Source of the DNA: Dehalococcoidia bacterium
GTDB lineage: Bacteria; Chloroflexota; Dehalococcoidia; UBA2979
Assembly (NCBI GenBank): GCA_009692705.1
Contig: SHYR01000001.1
Location: 33,948 to 97,947, forward strand
Direction of reading: 5' to 3'
DNA: 64,000 nucleotides
A program made the translations under genes and the position numbers. Every line of letters begins with the position of its first letter. Positions within the stretch are counted from its first letter, which is position 1. The notes beneath the pieces were generated by a model. The model was not told the DNA's origin. It made no database searches and saw only the letters and a list, made by a program, of their open reading frames with translations. Shown one piece after another: positions 43,205 to 53,555 of the stretch.

Positions 43205-43777
43205 GTGGCGATGCAAGCATCACGCACCAGAGCGCGACGGACGGCGGCGAAGCCGGCGGCCCGCCACACCACGGCCGCCCGCAAGCCGGCGGTCCGCCGC
43301 GCCACCGCCCGCAAGCCGGCGGCCCGCCGCACCACGGCCGCCCGCAAGCCGGCGGCCCGGCGCACGACCGCCCGCAAGCCGGTCGCCCGGCGCACGACCG
43401 CCCGCAAGCCGGCGGTCCGCCGCACCACCGCCCGCAAGCCGGCGGCCCGCCGCACCACGGCCGCCCGCAAGCCGGTGGCCCGGCGCACGACCGCCCGCAA
43501 GCCGGCGGTCCGCCGCACCACCGCCCGCAAGCCGGCGGCCCGCCGCACCACGGCCGCCCGCAAGCCGGCGGCCCGGCGCACGACCGCCCGCAAGCCGGTC
43601 GCCCGGCGCACGACCGCCCGCAAGCCGGCGGCCCGCCGCACGACGGCTCGCAAGCCGGCTGCCCGCCGCACGACGGCTCGCAAGCCGGCGGTCCGCCGCA
43701 CGGCTGCCCGGCGCACCACGGCTCGCAAGCCGGCGGTCCGTCGCACGACGGCACGCCGCACGACCGCGCGCCGCTAG
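43205..43777 (+). CDS. highly basic tandem-repeat protein (about 17 copies of [T][10 protein letters not shown]; histone H1/AlgP/HU-tail-like)
   Basis: GTG 43205 or ATG 43211, with GGAAGGAG upstream. The product, [53 protein letters not shown]..., is almost entirely composed of 10-11-residue K/R/A/T/P repeats. The DNA is 30/33-bp tandem repeats that generate long ORFs in all frames and on both strands. Confidence 0.55.
   Translation: MAMQASRTRARRTAAKPAARHTTAARKPAVRRATARKPAARRTTAARKPAARRTTARKPVARRTTARKPAVRRTTARKPAARRTTAARKPVARRTTARKPAVRRTTARKPAARRTTAARKPAARRTTARKPVARRTTARKPAARRTTARKPAARRTTARKPAVRRTAARRTTARKPAVRRTTARRTTARR
43250..43775. repeat. 30/33-bp tandem repeat array (about 17 units) coding for the basic repeat protein
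   Basis: Units such as cgcaccacggccgcccgcaagccggcggcccgc and cgcacgaccgcccgcaagccggtcgcccgg alternate with minor variants (V/A, one- or two-T forms). Confidence 0.85.
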
Positions 43778-43790
43778 CGGTGTCCGCGCA

Positions 43791-44765
43791 CTACCGTCGA
43801 GGGCGGGCGCGAACGCTCGCGCCCGCCCTCGGTGTCTGTTCCGCCCGCGTCGCCGCCGCCGCTCGCGCGGCGAACCGCCGCAGCCCCTCGACGCGCTGCG
43901 CGCCGTCACGCACGACAGCGCCGAATTCCACCGAGTACAGCGGCTCCATGTCGAGGTAGAAGCGCGCGCGACGGCGTAGCTGCCGGTCGACCGCACCCTC
44001 GTAGCGCGCGACCATCAGCTCGCAGAACCCGCGCTGGAGGTGACTGAGCAGCGCCGCGAAGTCCAGCGCCGGGTCGGCCAGCATCGCGTCGCCGAGGTCG
44101 ATCACCACCGCCGGCGCCCCACCGTCGTCCACCAGCAGGTGCTGCGGCGCGAGGTCGCCGTGGACCAGCACGCGCGGCGCGCCGGCCATGCCGCCCTCGG
44201 CGTGGAAGCGCTCCACCGTGGCATCGAGCCACGCGCGGCTGCGCGGGCCGAGCAGCGGCCGGCACGACTCGACCAGCCCGGCGTAGCGGTCGCGCCAGAG
44301 ATCGAGATCGCGCACGCCGAGCGCGAGCGCGCGCTCGCGCGGGAAGGCGTGCAGCCGCGAAAGGAACGCCGCGAGCTGCGCTGCCAGCCGCTCGCCGCGC
44401 GCGCCGCGCGCGTCCGACCGCCGCAGCGGGCGGCCCTCGACGACGCGGTGCAGCGTGCCGGCGAAGCGTCCGGCGGCATCGAGCACGGCGAACGCCCCGC
44501 GCGGCGTGGGCAGGCCCCACCCCTCCAGCGCCGGCAGCAGTCGCACCTCGCGCTCGAGGTCGGCGGCGGCCCAGTGCGCCTGCGGGCGCGGAACGCGCAA
44601 CACCCAGTCGTCGCCGCCCGCCGGGTCGGGGACGCGGAACGCCTGCGCGCCCCAGCCCTCGCCGAGCGGCTGCGCGGCGTCGAGGTTCACGCCCGGCAGC
44701 GCGCGGCGCAACGCATCGCGCGCCGCGTCGGGCAGCGCCGCCTGCGGCCCCGCGGGCGGCGCCAC
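43791..44765 (-). CDS. aminoglycoside/choline-kinase-like phosphotransferase (APH family)
   Basis: Brenner motif and DxD (VLVHGDLAPQHLLVDD...VVIDLGDA). The start is 4 nt after the leuD stop, so it appears co-transcribed with the ilv-leu operon. Confidence 0.75.
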   Translation of the reverse strand: MAPPAGPQAALPDAARDALRRALPGVNLDAAQPLGEGWGAQAFRVPDPAGGDDWVLRVPRPQAHWAAADLEREVRLLPALEGWGLPTPRGAFAVLDAAGRFAGTLHRVVEGRPLRRSDARGARGERLAAQLAAFLSRLHAFPRERALALGVRDLDLWRDRYAGLVESCRPLLGPRSRAWLDATVERFHAEGGMAGAPRVLVHGDLAPQHLLVDDGGAPAVVIDLGDAMLADPALDFAALLSHLQRGFCELMVARYEGAVDRQLRRRARFYLDMEPLYSVEFGAVVRDGAQRVEGLRRFAARAAAATRAEQTPRAGASVRARPRR

Positions 44766-44769
44766 GGGG

Positions 44770-45366
44770 CTAGCCGGTGGTGGTCGGCAGCAGCTCGGAG
44801 CGCGTTGCCTCGAAGGCCGCGACGTCCGGCTCGTACTCCAGCGTCATCGAGATGTCGTCGAGGCCGCGCAGCAGGCGGTACTTGCGGAACGCGTCGATCT
44901 CGAAGCGACGTTCCCACGCGCCGTCGGCGGTGCGCACCGTCTGCGACTCGAGGTCGACCACGAGCTCGGACTGCGGCAGCTCTTCCGCTCGCGCCATCAG
45001 GTAGTCGATGTCCGCCTGCGGCAGCTCGATGGTGAGCAGGCCGCCCTGGAAGCAGTTGTTCTTGAAGATGTCGGCGAACTTCGGCGCGATCAGCGCGCGC
45101 ACGCCCAGCCCCTCGACGGCCCACACCGCGTGCTCGCGGCTGGAGCCGGAGCCGAAGTTGGCGCCGGTGAGCAAGATCGGGGCGCCGGCGTAGGCCGGGT
45201 TGTTGAGCACGAACGCGGGGTCCTTGCGCCAGGCCTCGAACGCGAACGGCCCGTAGCCGGTGCGCTCGATGCGCTTGAGGTACTGCGCCGGGATGATCTG
45301 GTCGGTGTCGACGTTCGCGCGGTTGAGCGGGATCGCCCGGCCGGTCACGCGGCGGACCGCCCGCAT
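44770..45366 (-). CDS. leuD: 3-isopropylmalate dehydratase small subunit
   Basis: Start at ATG 45366, overlapping the leuC TGA (ATGA). LeuD motifs (NVDTDQIIPAQYLKRIERTGYG...LTGANFGSGSSREHA). Confidence 0.9.
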   Translation of the reverse strand: MRAVRRVTGRAIPLNRANVDTDQIIPAQYLKRIERTGYGPFAFEAWRKDPAFVLNNPAYAGAPILLTGANFGSGSSREHAVWAVEGLGVRALIAPKFADIFKNNCFQGGLLTIELPQADIDYLMARAEELPQSELVVDLESQTVRTADGAWERRFEIDAFRKYRLLRGLDDISMTLEYEPDVAAFEATRSELLPTTTG

Positions 45367-46844
45367 CACAGCACCTCCCGCACGTCGACGAAGTGCCCGG
45401 CGATCGCGGCCGCGGCCGCCATCTCCGGGCTCACCAGGTGGGTGCGGCCGCCCGCGCCCTGCCGCCCCTCGAAGTTGCGGTTGGAGGTGGAGGCGCAGCG
45501 CTCGCCAGGCAGCAGGATGTCGGGGTTCATGCCGAGGCACATCGAGCAGCCGGGGTCGCGCCACTCGAAGCCGGCGTCAGTGAAGACTCGGTCGAGGCCC
45601 TCGCGCTCGGCTTGCGCCTTCACCAGCCCGGAGCCCGGCACCACCATCGCCTGCACGGTGCTCGCCACGTGCTTGCCTGCCACCACCTTGGCGGCGGCGC
45701 GCAGGTCCTCGATGCGCCCGTTGGTGCAGGAGCCGAGGAACACGCGGTCGATCGCGATCTGGCGGATCGGCGTACCGGCGGCGAGGTCCATGTAGGTCAG
45801 CGCGCGCTCCGCCGACTCGCGCTGCGAGGCGGTCGCGAAGCTGCTGGGGTCCGGCACGCGGCCGCCCACCGGCACGCTCTGGCCCGGGTTCGTGCCCCAG
45901 GTGACGAACGGCTGCACGGCGGAGCCGTCGAGCACCACCTCCTGGTCGAAGCGCGCGCCGGGGTCGCTGGGGAGCGCGCGCCAGCGCTCGACCGCCTGCT
46001 CCCAGTGTTCGCCCTGTGGCGCGTGCGGGCGGCCCTTGAGGTACGCGAACGTGGTCTCGTCCGGCGCGATCAGGCCGGCGCGCGCGCCCGCCTCGATCGA
46101 CATGTTGCAGACGGTCATGCGCCCCTCCATCGAGAGGCTGCGGATCACCTCGCCGCGGTACTCGATCACGTGGCCCACGCCGCCGTCGACGCCGATGCGG
46201 TTGATGATCGCGAGGATCACGTCCTTCGCTGCCACCCCGGGGCCGAGCGCGCCGGTGACCTCCACCGACATCGTGCGGGGACGCGTCTGGCGCAGCGTCT
46301 GCGTCGCAAGCACGTGCTCCACCTCGGACGTGCCGATGCCGAAGGCGAGCGCGCCGAACGCGCCGTGGGTGGAGGTGTGGCTGTCGCCGCACACGATCGT
46401 GAGGCCGGGCTGGGTGTAGCCCTGCTCCGGCCCGATGATGTGCACGATCCCCTGGCGGATGTCGAAGATGTCGTAGAGCGGGACCCCGAACTCCTTCGCG
46501 TTCTGGCGCATCACCTCCAGTTGCTGCGCGGAGAGTGGGTCCGGGTTGGGCTGCTCGCGCCCGATCGTCGGCACGTTGTGGTCGACGGTGGCGAGCGTGA
46601 GGTCGGGCCGGCGCACGCGCCGCCCGGCGAGCCGCAGCCCATCGAACGCCTGCGGCGAGGTGACCTCGTGCACAAGGTGGAGGTCGATGTAGAGCAGGTC
46701 CGGCCGCTCGCCGGGCTGACCGGTGGCGCCGCGCCCGCCGCCCTCGGCGAGGGCTGCCAGCCGCGCGTGCTCCTGCAGCGGACTGGGGACGGCGTGCTGC
46801 TCCCAGATCTTCTCCGAGAGTGTCCGCGGTCCGCTCGTGGTCAT
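45366..46844 (-). CDS. leuC: 3-isopropylmalate dehydratase large subunit
   Basis: Start at ATG 46844 ([17 protein letters not shown]) with a GGGGGAGGG RBS. Aconitase-family motifs and Fe-S ligand cysteines (CGDSHT...GSCTNGR...GCSMCLGM). The upstream 140 codons of the track ORF are artefact. Confidence 0.9.
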   Translation of the reverse strand: MTTSGPRTLSEKIWEQHAVPSPLQEHARLAALAEGGGRGATGQPGERPDLLYIDLHLVHEVTSPQAFDGLRLAGRRVRRPDLTLATVDHNVPTIGREQPNPDPLSAQQLEVMRQNAKEFGVPLYDIFDIRQGIVHIIGPEQGYTQPGLTIVCGDSHTSTHGAFGALAFGIGTSEVEHVLATQTLRQTRPRTMSVEVTGALGPGVAAKDVILAIINRIGVDGGVGHVIEYRGEVIRSLSMEGRMTVCNMSIEAGARAGLIAPDETTFAYLKGRPHAPQGEHWEQAVERWRALPSDPGARFDQEVVLDGSAVQPFVTWGTNPGQSVPVGGRVPDPSSFATASQRESAERALTYMDLAAGTPIRQIAIDRVFLGSCTNGRIEDLRAAAKVVAGKHVASTVQAMVVPGSGLVKAQAEREGLDRVFTDAGFEWRDPGCSMCLGMNPDILLPGERCASTSNRNFEGRQGAGGRTHLVSPEMAAAAAIAGHFVDVREVL

Positions 46845-46873
46845 GCGACCCTCCCCCTGCAGACTGGCCAGCG

Positions 46874-48436
46874 CTATGTGCGCGCCGCCGCCACCGTCGT
46901 GCCGCCCGCGGCGCGCACCGCGGCGGCGTGCAGGTAGCGGTTGAGCGCGTGCAGGTAGGCGCGGGCGCTGGCGACCAGAATGTCCGTGTCGGCCGCCCGC
47001 CCGGTGTACAGGCTCCCCTCCGCCTCGATGCGGATCGTCACCTCGCCCTGGGCGTCGATGCCCTCCGTGACCGCCTTCACGCTGAACTCGGTGAGCCGGT
47101 TCTGCACGCCCATCACGCGGTTGATCGCGCGGTAGATCGCGTCCACCGGCCCGTCGCCGATCGCCGCGTCCTGGCGCGTCTCGCCGTCCGGGCCGGTCAG
47201 CCGCACGGTCGCCGTCGGTGCCGCGTGGTCGCCCGCCGACACCTGCACGAGGTCGAGCGTCCACTGCTCCTGGAACGTCACAGAGGTCTGCTCGGAGACG
47301 ATCGCCTGCAAGTCGCGGTCGTCCACCTCGTGCTTGCGGTCGGCGACCTCCTTGAAGGCCTCGTGCACGCGCTCGAACTCCGGGCCGTCGAGGCGGATGC
47401 CGAGGTCCTCCAGGCGGGAGCGCAGCCCGTGCCGCCCGGAAACCTTGGTGAGCACGATGGTGCCGCCGGCGGGGGTGCCGACCGTCTTCGGGTCCATGAT
47501 CTCGTAGGTCTCGCGCATCTTCAGCACGCCGTCCTGGTGGATGCCGGAGGAGTGCCGGAAGGCGTTCTTGCCCACGATCGCCTTGTTGGACTGCACTTGC
47601 ATGCCGGAGAGCCGCTCCACCAGCCGACTGGCGCGGAACAGCTCCTCGGTGGCGACGTCGGTGTGTACGTCCACGAAGTCGCGGCGCGTGCGGATCGCCA
47701 TGATCACCTCTTCCAGCGAGGTGTTCCCGGCGCGCTCGCCGATGCCGTTGATGGTGCCTTCGATCTGCCGTGCGCCGGCGAGCACCCCGGCCAGCGAGTT
47801 CGCCGTCGCCATGCCGAGGTCGTTGTGGCAGTGCACGGAGACCAGCGCCCGGTGGATGTTCGGCACGTGCTCGAAGACCGAGCGCACGAAGGCCTCGAAC
47901 TCGCGCGGGATCGCGTAGCCGACGGTGTCGGGGAGGTTGACGGTGGTCGCCCCCTCCTCGATCGCCGCCTCCAGCAGCCGGTACACGAACTCCGGGTCGG
48001 AGCGCGAGGCGTCCATCGGCGAGAACTCGACATCGGAGCAGTAGCGCCGGGCGTACGCCACCGACTCGCGCGCCATCAGCAGCACGTCTTCCTTGTTCTT
48101 GTGCAGCTGGTGTGCGAGGTGGATGTCGCTGGAGGAGATGAAGACGTGGATGCGCGGCGACTCCGCGCCCCGCACGGCCTCCCAGGCATGGTCGATGTCG
48201 CGCTCCACGGCGCGCGCCAGCCCAGCGATCACCGGGCCCTTGATCTCGCGCGCGATCGCGGCCACCGCCGCGAGGTCGCCCGGCGAGCTGGCGGGGAACC
48301 CGGCCTCGATGATGTCCACGTTCAGGCGCACGAGCTGTCGCGCGATCTCCAGCTTGTCCTCGGCGGAGAAGCTGATGCCCGCCGACTGCTCGCCGTCGCG
48401 CAGCGTGGTGTCGAATATGTAGACCTTGTCGCTCAT
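46874..48436 (-). CDS. leuA: 2-isopropylmalate synthase (canonical type)
   Basis: Start at ATG 48436 ([35 protein letters not shown]). Motifs [37 protein letters not shown] and a C-terminal LeuA_dimer domain. Confidence 0.9.
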   Translation of the reverse strand: MSDKVYIFDTTLRDGEQSAGISFSAEDKLEIARQLVRLNVDIIEAGFPASSPGDLAAVAAIAREIKGPVIAGLARAVERDIDHAWEAVRGAESPRIHVFISSSDIHLAHQLHKNKEDVLLMARESVAYARRYCSDVEFSPMDASRSDPEFVYRLLEAAIEEGATTVNLPDTVGYAIPREFEAFVRSVFEHVPNIHRALVSVHCHNDLGMATANSLAGVLAGARQIEGTINGIGERAGNTSLEEVIMAIRTRRDFVDVHTDVATEELFRASRLVERLSGMQVQSNKAIVGKNAFRHSSGIHQDGVLKMRETYEIMDPKTVGTPAGGTIVLTKVSGRHGLRSRLEDLGIRLDGPEFERVHEAFKEVADRKHEVDDRDLQAIVSEQTSVTFQEQWTLDLVQVSAGDHAAPTATVRLTGPDGETRQDAAIGDGPVDAIYRAINRVMGVQNRLTEFSVKAVTEGIDAQGEVTIRIEAEGSLYTGRAADTDILVASARAYLHALNRYLHAAAVRAAGGTTVAAART

Positions 48437-48511
48437 CTCAGTCGTCCCATCCCGATCGTCCCTGAGTATCCCCTGCGCGTGCGTGCGGCGCGCGCGATCC
48501 GTTCGCGCGGG

Positions 48512-48550
48512 CGGCGGTTCGGCCCTCCCTTCCGTCTCAGCGGGAGGTGG
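48512..48550 (-). promoter_or_regulatory. stable hairpin in the 240-nt ilvC-leuA intercistronic leader (candidate attenuator/processing structure)
   Basis: GGCCCTCC-(23 nt)-GGAGGGCC with inner CCCTCCC/GGGAGG pairing. It lies about 75 nt upstream of the leuA start on the mRNA. Confidence 0.3.
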
Positions 48551-48676
48551 AGGAGGGCCGTGGCAGGGCGAGCGACGGGCCCTGCGCGGCCGCGCCTCGC
48601 AGCCCGACGCGGCCACGCGCGCGCGGGGCTGCCGTGCGCGCGGCCGGCCGGGCTCCGGGGCGGTGGTGTGGCGCGC

Positions 48677-49681
48677 TCATCGCTGGTTGCCGCCCTGCAG
48701 CCACGCCATCATGCCCCGCATCTCCTTGCCCACGCTCTCGATCGGGTGCTGCGCGTTGATGCGGCGTAGCGCCAAGAAGCGCGGGCGGCCGGCCTGGTTC
48801 TCAGCGATCCACTCGCTCGCGAATTGGCCGCTCTGGATCTCGCCGAGGATCTTGCGCATCTCGGCGCGCACCTGCTCGCCGATCACGCGCGGCCCGCGCG
48901 TGTAGTCGCCGTACTCGGCGGTGTCGCTGATCGAATAGCGCATGTACTCCATGCCGCCCTCGTACAGCAGGTCGACGATCAGCTTCAGCTCATGGAAGGT
49001 CTCGAAGTACGCGGACTCCGGCTGGTAGCCGGCCTCCACCAGCGTCTCGTACGCCGTCTTGATCAGCGCGGTGATGCCGCCGCAGAGGATCACCTGCTCG
49101 CCGAAGAGGTCGGTCTCCGTCTCCTCGTGGAACGTCGTCTGCAGGATGCCGGCGCGCGTGGAGCCCACACCCTTGCCGTAGGCGAGCGCCATCTGCAGCG
49201 CCGACTCGCTGGCGTCCTGGTGCACCGCGACCAGCGCGGGCACGCCCGCGCCCTGCGTGAAGACGCGGCGCATCAGGTGGCCCGGTGCCTTGGGCGCGAT
49301 CATCGAGACGTCGATGCCCTTCGGCGGCGCGATCTGGTTGAAGTGGATGTTGAAGCCGTGCGCGAACATCAGCGTCTTGCCGCGCTCCAGGTGTGGCGCG
49401 ATGTGCTCTTCGTACACCTGTCGCTGCACCTGGTCCGGCACCAGCAGCATGATCACGTCGCAATCGCGCGCCACGTCGTCCACGCTGCCGACCTTGAGCC
49501 CGGCGGCGCGCGCCTTCTCCGCCGAGGGCGAACCGGGGTACAGGCCGACAGCCACGTCGACCCCGGAGTCCTTCAGGTTGAGCGCGTGCGCGTGCCCCTG
49601 CGACCCGTACCCGATCACGCCGACCTTCTTGCCCTTGAGCAGGCCGAGGTCCGCGTCCGAATCGTAGTAGACCTTCGTCAC
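48677..49681 (-). CDS. ilvC: ketol-acid reductoisomerase
   Basis: [43 protein letters not shown]... is a textbook class I KARI. Confidence 0.95.
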   Translation of the reverse strand: MTKVYYDSDADLGLLKGKKVGVIGYGSQGHAHALNLKDSGVDVAVGLYPGSPSAEKARAAGLKVGSVDDVARDCDVIMLLVPDQVQRQVYEEHIAPHLERGKTLMFAHGFNIHFNQIAPPKGIDVSMIAPKAPGHLMRRVFTQGAGVPALVAVHQDASESALQMALAYGKGVGSTRAGILQTTFHEETETDLFGEQVILCGGITALIKTAYETLVEAGYQPESAYFETFHELKLIVDLLYEGGMEYMRYSISDTAEYGDYTRGPRVIGEQVRAEMRKILGEIQSGQFASEWIAENQAGRPRFLALRRINAQHPIESVGKEMRGMMAWLQGGNQR

Positions 49682-49776
49682 TGGTGTCCCTCTCTCGTCT
49701 CGGTGCGCTCTTCGCGCCGCCGTCCCGCTGCGGCACCCGCCACGCGGAGGCCGGCGTCCCGTCGCTTGCTGCCCGC

Positions 49777-50352
49777 TCAGTCGCTCACGTACGGCAGCTG
49801 GCCTTCGGGCAGCCGCCCGGATTCGGTGTGGAACCGCTGCGCGCCCGCCGCCTCCAACTCGTGCACCGCCGTCGTGCGCTCGCCGCGCACCAGCGCCACG
49901 CGCCCGGTGCGCACCGACTCCAGCACCCCGTACGGGCGCAGGTTCTCGAGCAGCGCTTCGAGGCGGTCCTCTTCGGCGACGATCTGGATGATCAGGCTCA
50001 CCGGCGAGAGGTCCACCACCTGCGCGCGAAACACTTCGACCAGGTCCAGCACCTCGCGTCGCTCGGCGGGCCGGCAGCGCACCTTCACCAGCGCCAGCTC
50101 GCGCACCACCGATTCCTCAGCGGTGATCGTTGCCACGTGCACGACGTCGATCAGCTTCGTCAGCTGCTTCTCCACCTGTTCCGCGATGGCGTCGTCGCCG
50201 TCGACGACGATCGTCATGCGCGAGATGCCGGGTTCCTCCGTCACCCCCACGGCGAGCGAGTGGATGTTGAAGCCGCGGCGGCGGAACAGCGAGGAGACGC
50301 GGGTCAGCACGCCGGGGCGGTTCTCGACCAGGGCCACGAGCGTGTGCTTCAT
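49777..50352 (-). CDS. ilvN: acetolactate synthase small (regulatory) subunit
   Basis: Start at ATG 50352 ([40 protein letters not shown]), overlapping the ilvB stop (ATGA). ACT domain plus AHAS small-subunit C-terminal domain. Confidence 0.85.
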   Translation of the reverse strand: MKHTLVALVENRPGVLTRVSSLFRRRGFNIHSLAVGVTEEPGISRMTIVVDGDDAIAEQVEKQLTKLIDVVHVATITAEESVVRELALVKVRCRPAERREVLDLVEVFRAQVVDLSPVSLIIQIVAEEDRLEALLENLRPYGVLESVRTGRVALVRGERTTAVHELEAAGAQRFHTESGRLPEGQLPYVSD

Positions 50353-52049
50353 GTGGCCGGAACCGCGCTCGGGCGCTCCGGCGCGCCGACGGTCTCGGAG
50401 AGCGCGGCGCCGGCGGGCACCATCGGCCACACGTTGCCCTCCGCCTCCACCTGGAAGTCGAGGATCACCGGGCCGGGGTGCGCGTTCGCCTCGCGGATTG
50501 CGGCGTCCACCTGCTCGCGCTCGGTGACGCGCAGCGCCTTGATGCCGTAGGCGTCGGCCAGCTTCACGAAGTCCGGCTGCGAGATCGCCACCGCCACGTA
50601 GTTGTCCTTGTAGAACAGTTCCTGCCACTGGCGCACCATGCCCAGGTAGCCGTTGTTCATGATCGCCATCTTCACCGGCAGGTGCTCGTCCACCATCGTG
50701 GCGAGCTCCTGCATCGTCCTCTGGAATCCGCCGTCGCCGCAGATCGACCACACCTTCGAGTTGGGCCGCGCCACCTGCGCGCCCACCGCCGCCGGCACCT
50801 CGAAGCCCATCGTGCCCAGCCCGCCGGAGGTGATCAGCTGGTGCGGGCGCGTGAACTTCATGTGCTGCGCGGCCCACATCTGGTGCTGGCCGACCCCGGT
50901 CACGATCACGGTGTCGTCGTCGTTCAGCTCCGAGATGCGGCGCACGATGTGCTGCACCGACAGCACGGGCCCGCCCGGGATCGCGAGCGTGTGCGCGTGC
51001 TGCGCTCGCACCTCGTCCATCCAGCGGATCCACTGCACGTGCGAGCGCTGCCGGATCGCCTGCGTGAGCTGCGCCAGCACCTGTTTCACGTCGCCGGTGA
51101 TCGGCAGCGCTGTGCGGAGGTTCTTGTTGTGCTCCGACGGATCGATATCGATGTGGATGATCGATGCCTGGTGGTTGAAGTCCGCGAAGCGGCCGATGGC
51201 GCGGTCGTCCATGCGGTTGCCGAGGCCGATCACGAGGTCGGCGTTCGACGCCGCCAGGTTCGCCTCGAAGGAGCCGTGCATGCCGAGCATGCCGTACGAC
51301 AGCGCGTGATCGCGCGGGATCGAGCCCAGCCCCAGCAGCGTGTTCAGCACCGGGATGCCGGAGCGCTCGACGAACGCGCGCAGCTCCGCGCTGGCGTTGC
51401 CGAGGATCACGCCGTGCCCCGCGATCACGATCGGGCGCTGCGCGGCGTCGATCAGCGCCGCGGCGCGCGCGATCGAGTCCGCGTCGGCGGCACCGGGCAC
51501 GTGGTAGCCGCGGATCGAGATCTGCTCCGGCCACTCGAACTCCGCCTGCTCGAGGAAGACGTCCTTCGGGATGTCGATGTGCACCGGGCCCGGGCGGCCG
51601 CTCTGCGCGATGTAGGCGGCCTCCGCGAAGCTGTAGGCGAGGTCGGCCGCGCGCATCACCAGGTAGTTGTGCTTCACCGCCGGCATCAGGATGCCGGTGA
51701 TGTCCGCCTCCTGGAAGCCATCGCGGCCCAGCAGGTTGCGCGCCACGTTGCCGGTGATGAAGAGCGTGGGGATGGAGTCCATCATCGCGTTCTGCACCGC
51801 GGTCACTAGGTTCGTCGCGCCGGGGCCGGAGGTGGCGAGCGCCACGCCCAGCCGCCCGCTCGCGCGCGCGTAGCCGTCGGCGGCGTGCCCGCCGCCCTGC
51901 TCGTGGCGCACTAGGATGTGGCGGATCTTTGGGTGCGCAGGCAGTCGGTCGTAGAGCGGGAGCACCACCCCGCCGGGGTAGCCGAAGACGGTGTCCACGC
52001 CGATGCGCCTCAAGCATTCGAGGACGATGTCGGCGCCGCTGAGCTTCAT
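50349..52049 (-). CDS. ilvB: acetolactate synthase large (catalytic) subunit
   Basis: 566 aa with TPP-enzyme N, central and C domains (GYPGGVVLPLYD...GPGATNLVT...GGLGTMGFEVPAAVGA...ICGDGGFQ). GGAGAAGG RBS. Confidence 0.9.
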   Translation of the reverse strand: MKLSGADIVLECLRRIGVDTVFGYPGGVVLPLYDRLPAHPKIRHILVRHEQGGGHAADGYARASGRLGVALATSGPGATNLVTAVQNAMMDSIPTLFITGNVARNLLGRDGFQEADITGILMPAVKHNYLVMRAADLAYSFAEAAYIAQSGRPGPVHIDIPKDVFLEQAEFEWPEQISIRGYHVPGAADADSIARAAALIDAAQRPIVIAGHGVILGNASAELRAFVERSGIPVLNTLLGLGSIPRDHALSYGMLGMHGSFEANLAASNADLVIGLGNRMDDRAIGRFADFNHQASIIHIDIDPSEHNKNLRTALPITGDVKQVLAQLTQAIRQRSHVQWIRWMDEVRAQHAHTLAIPGGPVLSVQHIVRRISELNDDDTVIVTGVGQHQMWAAQHMKFTRPHQLITSGGLGTMGFEVPAAVGAQVARPNSKVWSICGDGGFQRTMQELATMVDEHLPVKMAIMNNGYLGMVRQWQELFYKDNYVAVAISQPDFVKLADAYGIKALRVTEREQVDAAIREANAHPGPVILDFQVEAEGNVWPMVPAGAALSETVGAPERPSAVPAT

Positions 52050-52324
52050 GGTCGCTGCCTTCTCCGGTTCGGCGACCGGGGCGCGAGGTGGTCGAGCCGC
52101 CGGTCGGGTCGAGGTTGGGGGGGACGCCCGGCACGCGGGCGGTGGCGACGGCTGCTGGGGCAGCGTCGCCTAGCGCAGTACGAGCAGGAGTAGCCCGCGG
52201 ATGGTCGCGGGCAGGAGCGGCGCGCGCCGGAGGGCAATCGTAGCGACCATAGGACTGTCTAGTATTGATGGTGCGCGCGGCGCCGTCAACAGGGGAAGGC
52301 CCCGGTGCGCATCGCAGGTCGAGG

Positions 52325-53506
52325 CTAGCGCGGGCCGTAGCGAAGCGCGTTGACGCACCGGCTCAGCGCGGCGAGCGGCTCGAGCGTGGCCGCCAGCGGG
52401 CCGGAGGCGGCGCGCACGATGCCGTCCAGGCTCTGCTCGCCGGTGAGCACGCGGCACAGGGCCCCCCACAGGCGATCCGAGCGCTGGAACAGCGCCGTGA
52501 ACGGGTCCGGCCAGGCGTGGAAGATCTCCATCAGCGCGCGTGACGCCGCCAGCTCCGGCAGCAACTCGCGCTGCAGCGTGAGCTCGTATCCGGCGAGCGA
52601 GCCGGCGCGCCCCGCGAGGTAGTCGTCGACGGCCGGGGCGAGCGCGGCCGCCGAGGCGACGGCGTGGTAGATGCCCTCACCGGAGAGCGGGTCCACGAGC
52701 CCGGCGGCATCGCCCACCAGCGCCGCGCCGCCCGCCGCCACGCGCGCGCCCGGGCGCTGCATCGGCAGGTGGTGGCCGCGCACCGCGACCAGCGCGGCGG
52801 GGTCGAGCTGGTAGGCGCGGCAGAGCTCGTCGAGGGAACGACGCAGCGTCGGGCCCGCGATCGGTTGCCAGCCGCCGACGCCGAGGTTCACGTGGTCGCC
52901 CTTCGGGAACAGCCAGCCGTAGCCGCCGGGGATCTTCCCGAACTGCAACGCCACGCGGCCGCGCAGCCACTCCGGCACCCCCTGCGGGCAGGGCCAGTTG
53001 CCCTCCAGCGCCACCGCCGCCTGCGGGGGGCGCTCGAACCCGAGCACGCCGGCCACCACGCCGTTCGCGCCGTCGGCGCCCACGACCACGCGCGCGAGGT
53101 GGCGCTCGCCGTTCGCCTCCACCGCGTAGCCGCCGCCCAGGGCGGTGACGCGACGCACCACCTGGCCATCGCGGAACTCCACGCCGGCCTCGCACGCGCG
53201 CTCGACCAGGAAGGCATCGAGCCGCGAGCGCTGCGTGAGGTAGGTGAGCGCCCGCGGGTAATCGCGCGTCACGTGGCGGCCGTCGCGCAGGCGCAGGTGC
53301 GCGCCTGTCACCACCTGCTCGACCACCGGCGAGAGGTCGAAGGGCAACAGTCGCGCGCAGCGCACGGTCACGCCCCCGCCGCACGGCTTGTCGCGCGGGA
53401 AGCGCGCGCGGTCCAGCAGCAGCACGCGCGCGCCGCGAGCGGCGCTCTCGCGCGCGGCGGTGCTGCCGGCGGGCCCGGCGCCCACAACGATCACGTCGGT
53501 CTGCAT
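52325..53506 (-). CDS. geranylgeranyl reductase family FAD-dependent oxidoreductase
   Basis: MQTDVIVVGAGPAGSTAARESAARGARVLLLDR...KPCGGGVT is the GGR family signature (FAD-binding GxGxxG and PCGGG). Confidence 0.8.
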   Translation of the reverse strand: MQTDVIVVGAGPAGSTAARESAARGARVLLLDRARFPRDKPCGGGVTVRCARLLPFDLSPVVEQVVTGAHLRLRDGRHVTRDYPRALTYLTQRSRLDAFLVERACEAGVEFRDGQVVRRVTALGGGYAVEANGERHLARVVVGADGANGVVAGVLGFERPPQAAVALEGNWPCPQGVPEWLRGRVALQFGKIPGGYGWLFPKGDHVNLGVGGWQPIAGPTLRRSLDELCRAYQLDPAALVAVRGHHLPMQRPGARVAAGGAALVGDAAGLVDPLSGEGIYHAVASAAALAPAVDDYLAGRAGSLAGYELTLQRELLPELAASRALMEIFHAWPDPFTALFQRSDRLWGALCRVLTGEQSLDGIVRAASGPLAATLEPLAALSRCVNALRYGPR

Positions 53507-53555
53507 GGGGCCGTGCCTTCCGCGGACTCGATGCTAGAGCGGGCCGCGCTTGCGA

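Noticed and set aside
43250-43775. Regular ~30-bp repeats considered as a CRISPR array
   Set aside because: Units are contiguous with no unique spacers and form a continuous ORF, so this is a coding tandem repeat rather than a CRISPR array.
42976-43996. Multiple long ORFs on both strands across 43000..44000 (43024..43959, 43104..43754, 43143..43979, 43220..43996, 42976..43761)
   Set aside because: All are generated by the 30/33-bp tandem repeat. Only the frame giving [10 protein letters not shown] with an upstream RBS is taken as coding.
44040-45795. Plus-strand ORFs 44040..45035 and 44455..45795 over the APH/leuD/leuC region
   Set aside because: Antisense artefacts. The minus strand carries clear leuD/leuC homology with ATGA coupling.
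49777-52134. 785-aa ORF spanning ilvN and upstream frame
   Set aside because: Only the last 191 codons are IlvN. The rest is an alternative frame over ilvB. The ilvB 566-aa frame with its RBS is the real gene.
52046-52237. 63-aa ORF upstream of ilvB as a candidate attenuator leader peptide
   Set aside because: It is Arg/Pro-rich with no Ile/Leu/Val codon run and overlaps the ilvB start region in an alternative frame.
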